Origin: Candidatus Oxydemutator sp. | GTDB taxonomy: Bacteria > Pseudomonadota > Gammaproteobacteria > Poriferisulfidales > Oxydemutatoraceae | Assembly (NCBI GenBank): GCA_965203445.1 | Contig: OZ241883.1 | Location: 1,920,001 to 1,984,000 of the forward strand | DNA length: 64,000 nucleotides | Reading direction: 5' to 3' | Part shown: positions 9,161 to 18,689 of the stretch, in pieces | Numbering within the stretch: position 1 is the stretch's first letter | Layout: every line of letters starts with the position of its first letter | The notes under the pieces: generated by a model | Database searches by the model: none | Told to the model about the DNA's origin: nothing | The model's input: the letters and a program-made list of their open reading frames with translations, nothing else | Made by a program: the position numbers and the translations under genes

Positions 9161-12100
9161 CTAATAATCGCACAGCCGTCCGTCCACCGTCATCAACAGC
9201 GACACCCGCAGCTTGCGCCCGGGGTACAGCTTGGCCACACCGTCCCGGTAGCACAGCATCTGCTCGCGACAGTCTTCGAGCAGTTTTTGCGGGTCGTAGC
9301 GGCGGTGGGTTTTGTAGTCCACGAGCCAGGCCGCGTCGGCGCTGACGCACAAGCGGTCAAGCGTGCCGAAGACTTGTTCGTCGTCGCGCTGGTAGAGCAG
9401 CGGCATCTCGTTGAACACGCGCTGATACAGCCCGTCCGTGAACAGCTCGGACAATCGCGGTTCGCGCACCAGCTCCCACGCCTCGCGCACCCAGGCGTCA
9501 AGCTGGTCATGCGGTTCGTGTCGTTCGTCGGCGAGGCGCCGCCGCAGCGCGTCGGGATCGCCGCAGGCGCACGTGTTCAAGAGTTCCAGAGCGCGGTGGA
9601 TGAGTGCGCCGCGCGCCGCGCCGTCTTCGTGTTCCGAACCATGGGCGTGGCCGGGGGCGCCGTCGCCGCGCCGCTCGATTCGGCTCGGGTTGCGCTCGAC
9701 CGCGATCCGAGGTGCCGCGACCTCCGTCGTCGGCGCCGTCGTCTCTTGCTCCGCGTGCCGCTCCTGAGTGGGCGCTTGGCGCGAGTGCGCGCCGATGCGC
9801 GCAAGCGCGTCGTCGCCGAGCAGGCCGTCGTCGCCGGCCGCGTCGCGCAGCCGTTGATACCAGTTCGCCTCGCTTGCCTTGCCGTTCGCGGACACGAACA
9901 GATACTGCTTCGCGCGCGTCAACCCTACGTAGAGCAGGTTGACGTCTTCGCGTTCCTCGTTCCGTTTGCGTTTTTCCACCAGTTCGCGCAACGCGCCGCC
10001 GCGCTCGCTGGCAACGGGCAGCAACGCCAAATCGCGCGGCCTCTCCTCGGCGGACGGCCAGTCCACCAGCGCCCCGTAGGTTTCCTTGCGCGATCTGCGA
10101 AAGGCGCAATCCACCAGGAACACGATCGGTGCCTCCAATCCCTTGGCGCCGTGTATGGACAACAGTCGCACGCAGTCGCCGTCGTCCGCCGCCGGCGCGT
10201 CGGCGCGCGCACCGGCGAGGCGTCTCGCGTTTTTCAGATGCGTGAGCAGGCGCGCGCAGTCGGGGTAGCGGCCGCTGTGCAGGTCGAGCGCGTATTCGAG
10301 GAACGAGTCGAGATTGCGGCGCACGCGCTCGCGTTCCTGCTCCGGCACCGACGCGCGGTAGCGGCGCACCAGGTCGGCCTCGTTATAAATCCGATCCAGC
10401 AGGTCGTGCGGCGGCAGCCGATCATACAGTCGTTCCCACTCTTCCAGCTGCTCGGCGATGGCATGCCACGGCGCGCCGCCGCCGTTCCCGCCGAGGCGCG
10501 CGAGCTTGTCACGCCAGCAATCGCCCGGCGCGCGAGCGATGGCAAGCAATTGTTCGTCGCCCAGCGAGTAAATCGGCGAGCGCAGCACCTGGGCGAGGGC
10601 GTCGTCGCGGTATGGGTTTCGCAGAAATTCCAGCAGTGCGATCAGGTCCGACGCCTCCAGGCTGGTCACAAAGTTTTGCTCGCGCGCGCTGACCGAGGGA
10701 ACGCCGGCGGTGCGCAACGCCTGCAAGAACACCGGATAATGCGTCGTCTGTCGCGCGAGTATCATCGCGTCGCGCCACTGAAACTCGCGCACTTGTTCGT
10801 GTTCTCTGATGGGAAGTCGGTTTTCCCTGAGTTGGACGATGGTGCGCGCGATTTCTTTCGCCTCGCGCCGCGCCGCGAACTGCGATTCCGCGAGCGGCTC
10901 CCGCAACGGGTTGCGCCATTCCTGCTGCGGCGCCTTTTCCGCCTGGTGCAACTCGAACACGCGCACGCCGCCGTCGGTGTCGCAAAACGTGTCGTGCGTC
11001 GCAAAACCGGCGGGCGCCGTCGGGCCTTCTTTTCCGGCGGCCCCGCCGAAAACGCGGTTGACGAACTCGATCACGGCGCGCGCCGAGCGGCGCGACTTGT
11101 CCATTGTCGGGTGCAGGCTGTCCGGACGTCTTTGCCGCAGCCAATCGTCGGCTTCGTGCTGCAATTCCGGGTCGGCTCGGCGGAAACCGTAGATGGACTG
11201 CTTGACGTCGCCGACGATGAACAGGCTGCCGCCCTCGCGCGACACGATCTCGCAGAGCAAGGGTTCCAGCAGGCGCCATTGGGTCGGATTGGTGTCCTGG
11301 AATTCGTCAATCAACACGTGCTCGATGCGGTTGGCCAGGCGTTCCTGCGGGTCGTGCCCATCGCGCAGCAGCCGTTCGCCCATGAACTCGAGGTCGTCGA
11401 AATCGAGCAGGCCGTTGTCGCGCTTCAGATCGGCGTATATGTCGCAAAGGCGCCTGCCGGCGCGCCACCACGCGGCGTTCAGCCGCTCGTTGTCGCGTCG
11501 CAGCAGGCGTTCGTGTACATTGCCGAGGTCCTCGACGAGCGCGCGATGTTCCAGGCTCAGCCGTGCCGCGTTTTCCTCGCCGAGCGCTTTGACCAGCGGT
11601 TTGCCGCCGGGTTCGCGGCGCGGTTTGCCGCCGGCTTGATAAAAGCATGCCCGCAATTCCACGAAGGCTGCGCGGTCTAGCGTCTCGCGCACCGCCAGCG
11701 CATGCAGCCGTTCGGCCCGTCGAAGATTGGTCTCCGTCTTGTGTCTTGCAATCAATTCGGCGTAGCCCGCGACGCGCGCGCGCGCCTGCTCGCTCCAGAA
11801 TCCCCCCAGCACTTCGGCGCAGCCGCCGCCATCCGCCGATTTCGGCCGCTCGCCGCCGCCTTGCACGTAAGCCTGCCAATCGTTTCGGTGCCGCAGAAAC
11901 TCCTCGAGCGCGCCGCGTGCGTTGTCTACCCCGTTGCACAGATCGAACAGCGTGTCGAGCGCGCGCGCGCATTCGTCGTCCCCGTGCGTGACTTCGGCGA
12001 ACAGCTGTTCCACCGCCTGCACGCGCAACAAGCCTTCGAGCGCCTCGGCCAGCTGAAAGTTCAGCGGCGCCTCGGTCTGCATCGGAAACAATCGCAGTAT

Positions 12101-12484
12101 CTGCTGACAGAAGGCGTGGAAAGTCGTGATCTGCACCGGTTCCGGCGCACGCAGCAGTTCCTCGTACAGGTTCATCGCGCGCGCGCGAACCGGCCCCGTA
12201 TCACGCGCGCCGATCTCGCGCAGCGACTTGCGCAGATCTTCGGCGTTCATCGCACTCCACTCCAGCAGCCGCGCCATCAAGCGCTCGCGCATCTCGTCGG
12301 CGGCCTTGTTCGTGAACGTTATCGCGAGAATCGAGGCCGGCACGCGCCGCTCCAACAGCAGGCGCAACAGGCGCGACACCAGCAGCCAGGTTTTGCCGGT
12401 GCCCGCCGACGCCGACACGACGCCGCTGGCTTCGGGCGCCAGGATCGCAAGGGCGTCGGTCGCGGTGTCTTTCGAGGTTTTCAT
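9161..12484 (-). CDS. addA: AddA/RecB-like UvrD-family helicase-nuclease
   Basis: ASAGTGKT, ITFTNKAA, IDEFQDTN, VGDVKQSIYGFR, SIHGAKGLE, LYVGLTRA; C-terminal nuclease DRL...VDYKT. Confidence 0.82.
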   Translation of the reverse strand: MKTSKDTATDALAILAPEASGVVSASAGTGKTWLLVSRLLRLLLERRVPASILAITFTNKAADEMRERLMARLLEWSAMNAEDLRKSLREIGARDTGPVRARAMNLYEELLRAPEPVQITTFHAFCQQILRLFPMQTEAPLNFQLAEALEGLLRVQAVEQLFAEVTHGDDECARALDTLFDLCNGVDNARGALEEFLRHRNDWQAYVQGGGERPKSADGGGCAEVLGGFWSEQARARVAGYAELIARHKTETNLRRAERLHALAVRETLDRAAFVELRACFYQAGGKPRREPGGKPLVKALGEENAARLSLEHRALVEDLGNVHERLLRRDNERLNAAWWRAGRRLCDIYADLKRDNGLLDFDDLEFMGERLLRDGHDPQERLANRIEHVLIDEFQDTNPTQWRLLEPLLCEIVSREGGSLFIVGDVKQSIYGFRRADPELQHEADDWLRQRRPDSLHPTMDKSRRSARAVIEFVNRVFGGAAGKEGPTAPAGFATHDTFCDTDGGVRVFELHQAEKAPQQEWRNPLREPLAESQFAARREAKEIARTIVQLRENRLPIREHEQVREFQWRDAMILARQTTHYPVFLQALRTAGVPSVSAREQNFVTSLEASDLIALLEFLRNPYRDDALAQVLRSPIYSLGDEQLLAIARAPGDCWRDKLARLGGNGGGAPWHAIAEQLEEWERLYDRLPPHDLLDRIYNEADLVRRYRASVPEQERERVRRNLDSFLEYALDLHSGRYPDCARLLTHLKNARRLAGARADAPAADDGDCVRLLSIHGAKGLEAPIVFLVDCAFRRSRKETYGALVDWPSAEERPRDLALLPVASERGGALRELVEKRKRNEEREDVNLLYVGLTRAKQYLFVSANGKASEANWYQRLRDAAGDDGLLGDDALARIGAHSRQAPTQERHAEQETTAPTTEVAAPRIAVERNPSRIERRGDGAPGHAHGSEHEDGAARGALIHRALELLNTCACGDPDALRRRLADERHEPHDQLDAWVREAWELVREPRLSELFTDGLYQRVFNEMPLLYQRDDEQVFGTLDRLCVSADAAWLVDYKTHRRYDPQKLLEDCREQMLCYRDGVAKLYPGRKLRVSLLMTVDGRLCDY

Positions 12485-12528
12485 ACGGCGGCAATGCGGG
12501 GATAATAGCAGGCCGCCCGCGAACGCCG

Positions 12529-14406
12529 ATGCCTAGCCGACCTCGAAAACAGCGGTACGACGCCGCCGACATAGAAATCCTGAGTGGCCTCGAACCGGTG
12601 CGCAAGCGCCCGGAGATGTTCACCGACACGTCCGACCCGACGCATCTCGTGCAGGAGGCGGTGGACAACGGCGTGGACGAGGCGCTGGCCGGGTACGCGA
12701 CGCGGGTCGAGGTGACGTTGCACGACGACGGTTCGGTCACGGTCGCCGATGACGGGCGTGGTATGCCGGTGGACCCGCACCCGTCGCGCAAACGGCCCGG
12801 TGTCGAGGTCATCCTGACGACGCTGCACGCCGGCAGCAAGTTCTCGGGGCGCCACTACCATTTCGCCGGCGGCCTGCACGGCGTCGGTATCTCGATAGTC
12901 AACGCGCTGTCGTCGCGCCTTGAGGTGCGCGTTAAGCGCGGCGGCAAGGAATACGGCATGGCTTTTGAGAGCGGGCGCCGGACCTCGGAGTTGAAGGTCC
13001 TGCGCGGCCTGAAAAAGCGCGACACCGGCACCGAGATCCGCTTTTGGCCCGACCCGGAATTTTTCGACGGGTCCGAGTTCCAGACCGACAAGCTGAAGAA
13101 CCTGCTGAAAGCCAAGGCCGTGCTATGCGCCGGCCTGACGACCCGTCTTTGCTCGGAGGACGCGGGCGAGCTGCAACGCTGCCGCTACGAGGACGGCCTG
13201 CGGCAGTATTTCACCGAGCGTTGCGGCGACGCCGCGGCGTTGCTGGAGCAGGATTTCTGCGGGCGCCACGAGTCCCAGGCGCAGGAGTTGCATTGGTGCC
13301 TGAACTGGTTCGACGCCGACGCTGGCGCGCCCGCCGAGAGCTTCGTCAATCTCGTGCCGACGCCGCAGGGCGGCAGTCACGTGTCGGGGCTGCGCACCGG
13401 GCTGACCGAGGCGCTACGCGAGTTCGCCGAGCTGCACAACCTGCTGCCGCGCGGCGCTTCTTTCGCGCCCGACGACGTCTGGCGGCGCATCGGCTTCGTG
13501 CTGTCGCTGAAGCTCGAGCAGCCGCGTTTCGCCGGCCAGACCAAGGAGCGTCTGGCGTCGAGAGAGGGCGGCGCGTTGACGCAAAAGCTGGTGCGCGACG
13601 CTTTCAGCCTGTGGCTCAGCGCGCAGCCGGCGACCGGCGGGGCGCTGGTCGAGCTGGTGCTGGAGGACGCGCAGGCGCGCAAACGCAGGAAGACGACGAA
13701 GCGCGCGCGCGTTTCCGGCCCGCGCCTGCCCGGCAAATTGGCCGACTGCCTTGCCGGCGACGTCGAGGAGTCCGAGCTGTTTTTGGTCGAGGGTGATTCC
13801 GCCGGCGGCTCGGCGAAGCAGGCGCGCGACAAGGCGTTTCAGGCGGTGCTGCCGCTGCGCGGCAAGATCCTGAACACCTGGGAGAGCGACACCGGCGAGA
13901 TCCTCGACTCGAAGGAGATCAACGACATTGCGACCGCGATAAACGTCGCGCCGGGCGGCGCCGACCTGAGCCGCCTGCGCTACGGCAAAATCTGCGTCCT
14001 CGCCGACGCCGACTCCGACGGCCTGCATATCTCGACGCTGCTGATCGCGCTGTTCCTGAAACATTTCCGCCCGCTGGTCGAGGCGCGCAGAATCTTCGTC
14101 GCGATGCCGCCGTTGTTTCGGATAGACGCCGGCAAAGACGTGTACTACGCACAGGATGAAAAAGACCGCGACGCGTTGCTGGCGAAGATAACCGGCGGAG
14201 CGCGGGTAATTCGCTTCAAAGGGTTGGGTGAGATGAACCCCGCGCAACTGCGTGAATCCACTATGGCGCCGGCGAGCCGTCGCCTGATGCAACTGACCTG
14301 CGACGACGATCCGCTGCCGTTGATGAACATGTTGCTCGAAAAGAAACGCTCGCCGGAGAGAAAGCGCTGGCTCGAGGCGGAAGGCGCACGCGCCGATCTT
14401 GTCTGA
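12529..14406 (+). CDS. parE: DNA topoisomerase IV subunit B
   Basis: GLEPVRKRP, GGLHGVGISIVNALS, VEGDSAGGSAKQARD, PLRGKILN, DADSDGLHI, RFKGLGEMN; no GyrB insertion. Confidence 0.95.
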   Translation: MPSRPRKQRYDAADIEILSGLEPVRKRPEMFTDTSDPTHLVQEAVDNGVDEALAGYATRVEVTLHDDGSVTVADDGRGMPVDPHPSRKRPGVEVILTTLHAGSKFSGRHYHFAGGLHGVGISIVNALSSRLEVRVKRGGKEYGMAFESGRRTSELKVLRGLKKRDTGTEIRFWPDPEFFDGSEFQTDKLKNLLKAKAVLCAGLTTRLCSEDAGELQRCRYEDGLRQYFTERCGDAAALLEQDFCGRHESQAQELHWCLNWFDADAGAPAESFVNLVPTPQGGSHVSGLRTGLTEALREFAELHNLLPRGASFAPDDVWRRIGFVLSLKLEQPRFAGQTKERLASREGGALTQKLVRDAFSLWLSAQPATGGALVELVLEDAQARKRRKTTKRARVSGPRLPGKLADCLAGDVEESELFLVEGDSAGGSAKQARDKAFQAVLPLRGKILNTWESDTGEILDSKEINDIATAINVAPGGADLSRLRYGKICVLADADSDGLHISTLLIALFLKHFRPLVEARRIFVAMPPLFRIDAGKDVYYAQDEKDRDALLAKITGGARVIRFKGLGEMNPAQLRESTMAPASRRLMQLTCDDDPLPLMNMLLEKKRSPERKRWLEAEGARADLV

Positions 14407-14424
14407 TGTCCGCGCCGCCGCATT
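14385..14424 (+). repeat. 40-bp direct repeat, left copy (parE stop / HAD start junction)
   Basis: CGCACGCGCCGATCTTGTCTGATGTCCGCGCCGCCGCATT; 38/40 identical to 17736-17775. Confidence 0.92.
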
Positions 14425-14539
14425 TGCGGTTTTGGGGGTCGGTGCAGCGCCGCTGCATTGAGTGTCTTGCGTTATCATAGTGTGTGGCGATGCTTATCGA
14501 ATGCCCGCCGCGCGAACCATGCCGGAAGAGAATCCACAT

Positions 14540-15637
14540 ATGACTGCCGCGTCGGACGCTGAGCAAACCGAGCAGGTTGAAGGTCTGGGGGGAGATCAGC
14601 TTGGTTTATTGGGTGGCTACCCGATAGACGCCTTGATGATCCGCACCGAGGCTCGTACGGTACATGACGTATTGCGCCGAATAGAAAAGGGCATGTTCGT
14701 CATGGACCCCGATTTTCAGCGTGACTTTATCTGGAACAAAGACAAGCAGAGCAAGCTGATCGAGTCGGTCATGATGAGAATCCCTCTGCCGGTGTTCTAT
14801 CTGGCCGAAGACGACAATGGACGTATGGTGGTGGTGGATGGTCTACAAAGGCTTTCGACTTTTCAGCGTTTTGTGAACAATGATCTTCGTCTCAAGCTTC
14901 CAGAGCATTCAGAATTGGACAAACAACACTTCCGGGATTTGCATCCCAAGCTCCAGAATCGCGTCGAGGATTGCAACCTGATCCTCTATGTCATTGATGC
15001 CAAAGTTCCCGAGCAAACCCGCCTGGACATCTTTGAGCGCGTCAACAGCGGCGTGCCTCTGACTCGGCAGCAGATGCGCAACTCCTTGTACATGGGGGAG
15101 GCGACGCGATTTCTGAAGAAGCAATCCCAAGAGGAAATCTTTGTCAAGGCAACCGGAAGCAGCCTGAAGTCCTCGACGATGAGAGATCGTGAATTTGTCA
15201 ACCGGTTCTGCTCGTTTCAGATCCTGGGGCTTGAGGATTACAAAGACATGGATCAGTTTTTGGCGGCCGGCCTTAAGAAAATGAATGATCAGCAGGCTTC
15301 TTTGCCGGCGTTGTCCTTGCAGCTCAAGACCACGCTCGAAAACAATTACCGCCTGTTTGGTAGGCATGCTTTCAGGAGACATCGTCGAGACCAGGAGAGA
15401 CGCAGCGTGATCAATGCCTCTCTTTGGGACGTAATGTCAACGGGTCTTTCCCGCTACCCGCAGGGACTGGTGTTGAGCAAGGCCGATGAGATGAGGAGCG
15501 CGTTTTACCGACTCATAGAGAATGAGGAATTTGTGCCCGCGATCATGCACAGTACCAGCAATATCAAGCGGATAAAATGCCGTTTCTCGATGGCCGACGC
15601 GATGTTCAAAGAGGTGTTCGGTGCTGACACGGCTTGA
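14540..15637 (+). CDS. DUF262 (ParB/Srx-like) protein, Menshen NsnA-like
   Basis: PDFQRDFIW, QSKLIES..MRIPLP, VVDGLQRLST, IFERVNSG DUF262 motifs; start could also be 14519. Confidence 0.85.
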   Translation: MTAASDAEQTEQVEGLGGDQLGLLGGYPIDALMIRTEARTVHDVLRRIEKGMFVMDPDFQRDFIWNKDKQSKLIESVMMRIPLPVFYLAEDDNGRMVVVDGLQRLSTFQRFVNNDLRLKLPEHSELDKQHFRDLHPKLQNRVEDCNLILYVIDAKVPEQTRLDIFERVNSGVPLTRQQMRNSLYMGEATRFLKKQSQEEIFVKATGSSLKSSTMRDREFVNRFCSFQILGLEDYKDMDQFLAAGLKKMNDQQASLPALSLQLKTTLENNYRLFGRHAFRRHRRDQERRSVINASLWDVMSTGLSRYPQGLVLSKADEMRSAFYRLIENEEFVPAIMHSTSNIKRIKCRFSMADAMFKEVFGADTA

Positions 15638-16775
15638 GCTGAGCCTCTTCAAATGTTTTAAGCGACTGCGGCTGCCCTTGGCGCCGCTGACCCTTCTGAC
15701 CGGGGCGAACGCCTCCGGCAAGTCGTCCGTCTTGCAGGCCCTGGTGCTGCTGCACCAGACTATGCGCGAACACGAATGGGCGACGCGGCTTGCGCTCAAT
15801 GGAACCGTAGTCCGGTTGGGCGCCACGCCGGACGTCGTCAACGAGGTGTTCGGGCGGGGCGGCTTCGAGATCATGTTGACGGATGACGAGAATGACTACG
15901 GCTGGACGTTCGAGGGAGACAGGCGCGACATGTCTCTGGCGGTTCGGCGCGTCGTTGTCAATGAGCAGGCGCTCGAGACGCCACGTGAGTTGCGCTACTT
16001 GTTGCCCCTCGACAAAAAATTGGAAGAGGCGGTCGCATCGCTGGTCGGGCGCTTACACGGCTTGACTTATATCACTGCCGAACGGGTGGCACCTCAGGAG
16101 GCGTACGCCCTCGAGGATCCGCTGGTCGTGAACGTCGTGGGGCCTAAGGGGGAGCACGCGGTGAGCGTGTTGCATTGGGGGCGCGATGCAGACGTGCCGG
16201 ACGCTCTTGCTTTGCCGGAAATTCCCCCCAGACGATTTCACCAGATCGAGGCGCGCATGCGAACTTTCTTTCCGGGCTGCTCCTTGGACGTACAACGGGC
16301 GCCGCGCACAGGCGCCGTGACTTTGGGTTTGCGCACGTCGGATGACACGGAATTCCACCGCCCGGTTCACACCGGATTTGGCCTTACGCAGTGCCTGCCC
16401 ATCGTGGTGGCCGCCCTGTCCGCGTCCAAAGGCGATATTATTTTGATAGAAAACCCGGAAGTGCATCTCCATCCCGCTGGCCAAGCGCTGATGGGGGAGT
16501 TCATGGCCGAGGTCGCGAGTGCCGGAATGCAGATATTCGTCGAGACGCACAGCGATCACGTGCTGAACGGCGTTCGGCGTGCGGTTAAACAAGGTCTGCT
16601 GGCTCCGGATCAAGTGGCGACTCATTTTTTCCGCCCGCGTTCCGCCGGCGACCCCCAGGTAATCAGCCCCGCAATGGACGCTTTCGGCAACCTCGACTCC
16701 TGGCCGCAAGGGTTTTTCGACCAATTCGACAAGGATGCAAACTATTTCGCGGGCTGGGGGGAAGAAGGAAACTGA
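15621..16775 (+). CDS. ABC/AAA ATPase with C-terminal DUF3696, Menshen NsnB-like
   Basis: Walker A GANASGKS, GFGLTQ signature, IENPEVHLHP Walker B/D-loop, ETHSDH, C-terminal GNLDSWPQGFFDQ. Confidence 0.87.
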   Translation: MLTRLELSLFKCFKRLRLPLAPLTLLTGANASGKSSVLQALVLLHQTMREHEWATRLALNGTVVRLGATPDVVNEVFGRGGFEIMLTDDENDYGWTFEGDRRDMSLAVRRVVVNEQALETPRELRYLLPLDKKLEEAVASLVGRLHGLTYITAERVAPQEAYALEDPLVVNVVGPKGEHAVSVLHWGRDADVPDALALPEIPPRRFHQIEARMRTFFPGCSLDVQRAPRTGAVTLGLRTSDDTEFHRPVHTGFGLTQCLPIVVAALSASKGDIILIENPEVHLHPAGQALMGEFMAEVASAGMQIFVETHSDHVLNGVRRAVKQGLLAPDQVATHFFRPRSAGDPQVISPAMDAFGNLDSWPQGFFDQFDKDANYFAGWGEEGN

Positions 16776-16776
16776 C

Positions 16777-17730
16777 GTGGAGCTTCTCTTCAACGACCTC
16801 TCGATCCATGGACAGTTTCACGACCTTGCGACCTTCGAGCAGGCGATTGGGCGCGTGATGTCCATTCGGGAACTGGCGCGTCGCTATGGACGGGAATTGC
16901 AGTGCCACCGCAACGTTGCTTCTGCATCCGTGATGAGTGATATGCCGATGCAGAAGGCGGTTCAGCGCCTGAGCAGGGACAAGTGTACTGCGCTGATGCT
17001 CTGGCTGACGCGCCACGGGCCTTTCTGGGAGGACGTTCGGCGACATGGTGGCGACGATTTGCTGGAATGCAATGGTGGCGTTGTCACGAACCACGCGCTC
17101 GGGGAGGCGGCTTATTGCCTTCTGCACGGCATTGACTGCCACGTCGTGAGTATGGAGCCGTCCGCGTGGCTGTCCTCGCCCCTGGAGGTGGATTGGCACG
17201 AGAATGAATCGGTGAAGAGCGTCGGTGTTCCCAACTATTGGAAAGTGAACAAGGTGCAGGCCACCCTCGACGAGGCTTCCGTGCCGCCTTCCACGTGGGA
17301 CGACGTGCAGCGGGAGGCAAAGCAGAAATACTTCAACCTGACGTTTCTGCCGGACAGTTTTGCGCCGTTGCAAGGACACCCCTTCGGCAAAAGCGCGGCC
17401 AGGAATTTGTTGCTGCGTCTGGCCGTTCTGCACGAGCTCAAAAATTGTTCTGACGAGCACGGCAATCGCACCGCCAAGGGGCACGAGTTATACCGGAAAC
17501 ATTTTACCGGTGACAACGCTTGGTTTTCCGACTCCTCGGACACCGAGAAGGCCACTTTCAGGAAGGAACTCACGTTTCCGCATCCGGAGATTGCCGGGGC
17601 TGCTTTGTTCTGCACGTGGCACGGCAAGGTACGGGCGCCTCAACTGCCGTTGCGCGTCCACTTCTCGACGCCAGGTGCCGACAAGCCGCTCTACGTGGCG
17701 TACGTCGGACCTAAGATCACCAAGAAGTAG
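16777..17730 (+). CDS. Hypothetical third-gene effector (NsnC-like position), possible RelE-like nuclease C-terminus
   Basis: GTG start 1 nt after ATPase stop; C-terminal WHGK...LRVHF...LYVAYVGPK pattern; function inferred from context. Confidence 0.6.
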   Translation: MELLFNDLSIHGQFHDLATFEQAIGRVMSIRELARRYGRELQCHRNVASASVMSDMPMQKAVQRLSRDKCTALMLWLTRHGPFWEDVRRHGGDDLLECNGGVVTNHALGEAAYCLLHGIDCHVVSMEPSAWLSSPLEVDWHENESVKSVGVPNYWKVNKVQATLDEASVPPSTWDDVQREAKQKYFNLTFLPDSFAPLQGHPFGKSAARNLLLRLAVLHELKNCSDEHGNRTAKGHELYRKHFTGDNAWFSDSSDTEKATFRKELTFPHPEIAGAALFCTWHGKVRAPQLPLRVHFSTPGADKPLYVAYVGPKITKK

Positions 17731-17735
17731 AAAGA

Positions 17736-17775
17736 CGCACGCGCCGATCTTGTGTGATGTCCGCGCCGCCACATT
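17736..17775 (+). repeat. 40-bp direct repeat, right copy
   Basis: CGCACGCGCCGATCTTGTGTGATGTCCGCGCCGCCACATT; encodes ARADLV-stop like the ParE C-terminus and supplies the HAD ATG. Confidence 0.92.
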
Positions 17776-18686
17776 CGATGACGCCGCCGTTTTCGCAGAA
17801 CGTGATCGCGATGATCTGGGATTTCGACAAGACTTTGATTCCCGGAGACATGCAGCGCGTGTTGTTCGACGCCTACGGCGTGGACGAGGACGAGTTCTGG
17901 CGCGACGTCAACGCGCTGCCCGAACGCTATCGCGAGCGCGGTTGCGGGCAGGTGACGGTGGAGTTGTTGTATTTGAATCGGATACTCGACTACGTCGCCG
18001 CCGGCAGGTTTCCCGATTTATCGAACGAGCGGCTGGTGGAACTCGGACGCGGTATCGCGTTTTATCCCGGCTTGCCCGACTTTTTTGAGCGCGTCAAGAC
18101 GCTGCTCGAGGCCGAAAAATACCGGCGCCATGAATTGAAGATCGAACACTACGTCGTCAGCACCGGGCTCAAAAAACTGATCGAGGGCAGCGCGCTCGCC
18201 GCGCATCTCGACGGCATCTGGGGCTGCGAGTTTCTCGAGAGCGACGACGAGCCGCGCCGCATTGCGCGCATCGGCTACGTGCTAGACGATACCACCAAGA
18301 CGCGCGCGGTGTTCGAGATCAACAAGGGCGTCAACAAAAACGCGCGCATCAGCGTCAACGACTCGATAGGGCACGACAAGCGCCGCGTGCCGATTGCGCA
18401 GATGATCTATATCGCCGACGGTCCCAGCGACGTGCCGGTGTTCTCGGTCGTCAAGCGCGAAGGCGGCAAGACGTTCGGCGTGTTCAGCCCCGAGCGCCAC
18501 GACGTCGCGTGCCGCCTGTTGGAGCAGGAGCGCGTGCACGCGATCGCGCGCGCCGACTACCGGGCGGGCACCGACGCCTCGATGTGGCTCGAGCGCGCGC
18601 TCGCCCAGATCGCCGACCGCGTCATAGAGCGGCGCACCCGGTTGTTGGAGACCAGCGTCGGCCGAGCGCCGACCCACGCCGGCTGA
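17757..18686 (+). CDS. HAD-superfamily hydrolase
   Basis: Motif I WDFDKTL, motif II VSTG, motif IV YIADGPSDVP. Confidence 0.85.
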   Translation: MSAPPHSMTPPFSQNVIAMIWDFDKTLIPGDMQRVLFDAYGVDEDEFWRDVNALPERYRERGCGQVTVELLYLNRILDYVAAGRFPDLSNERLVELGRGIAFYPGLPDFFERVKTLLEAEKYRRHELKIEHYVVSTGLKKLIEGSALAAHLDGIWGCEFLESDDEPRRIARIGYVLDDTTKTRAVFEINKGVNKNARISVNDSIGHDKRRVPIAQMIYIADGPSDVPVFSVVKREGGKTFGVFSPERHDVACRLLEQERVHAIARADYRAGTDASMWLERALAQIADRVIERRTRLLETSVGRAPTHAG

Positions 18687-18689
18687 GCC

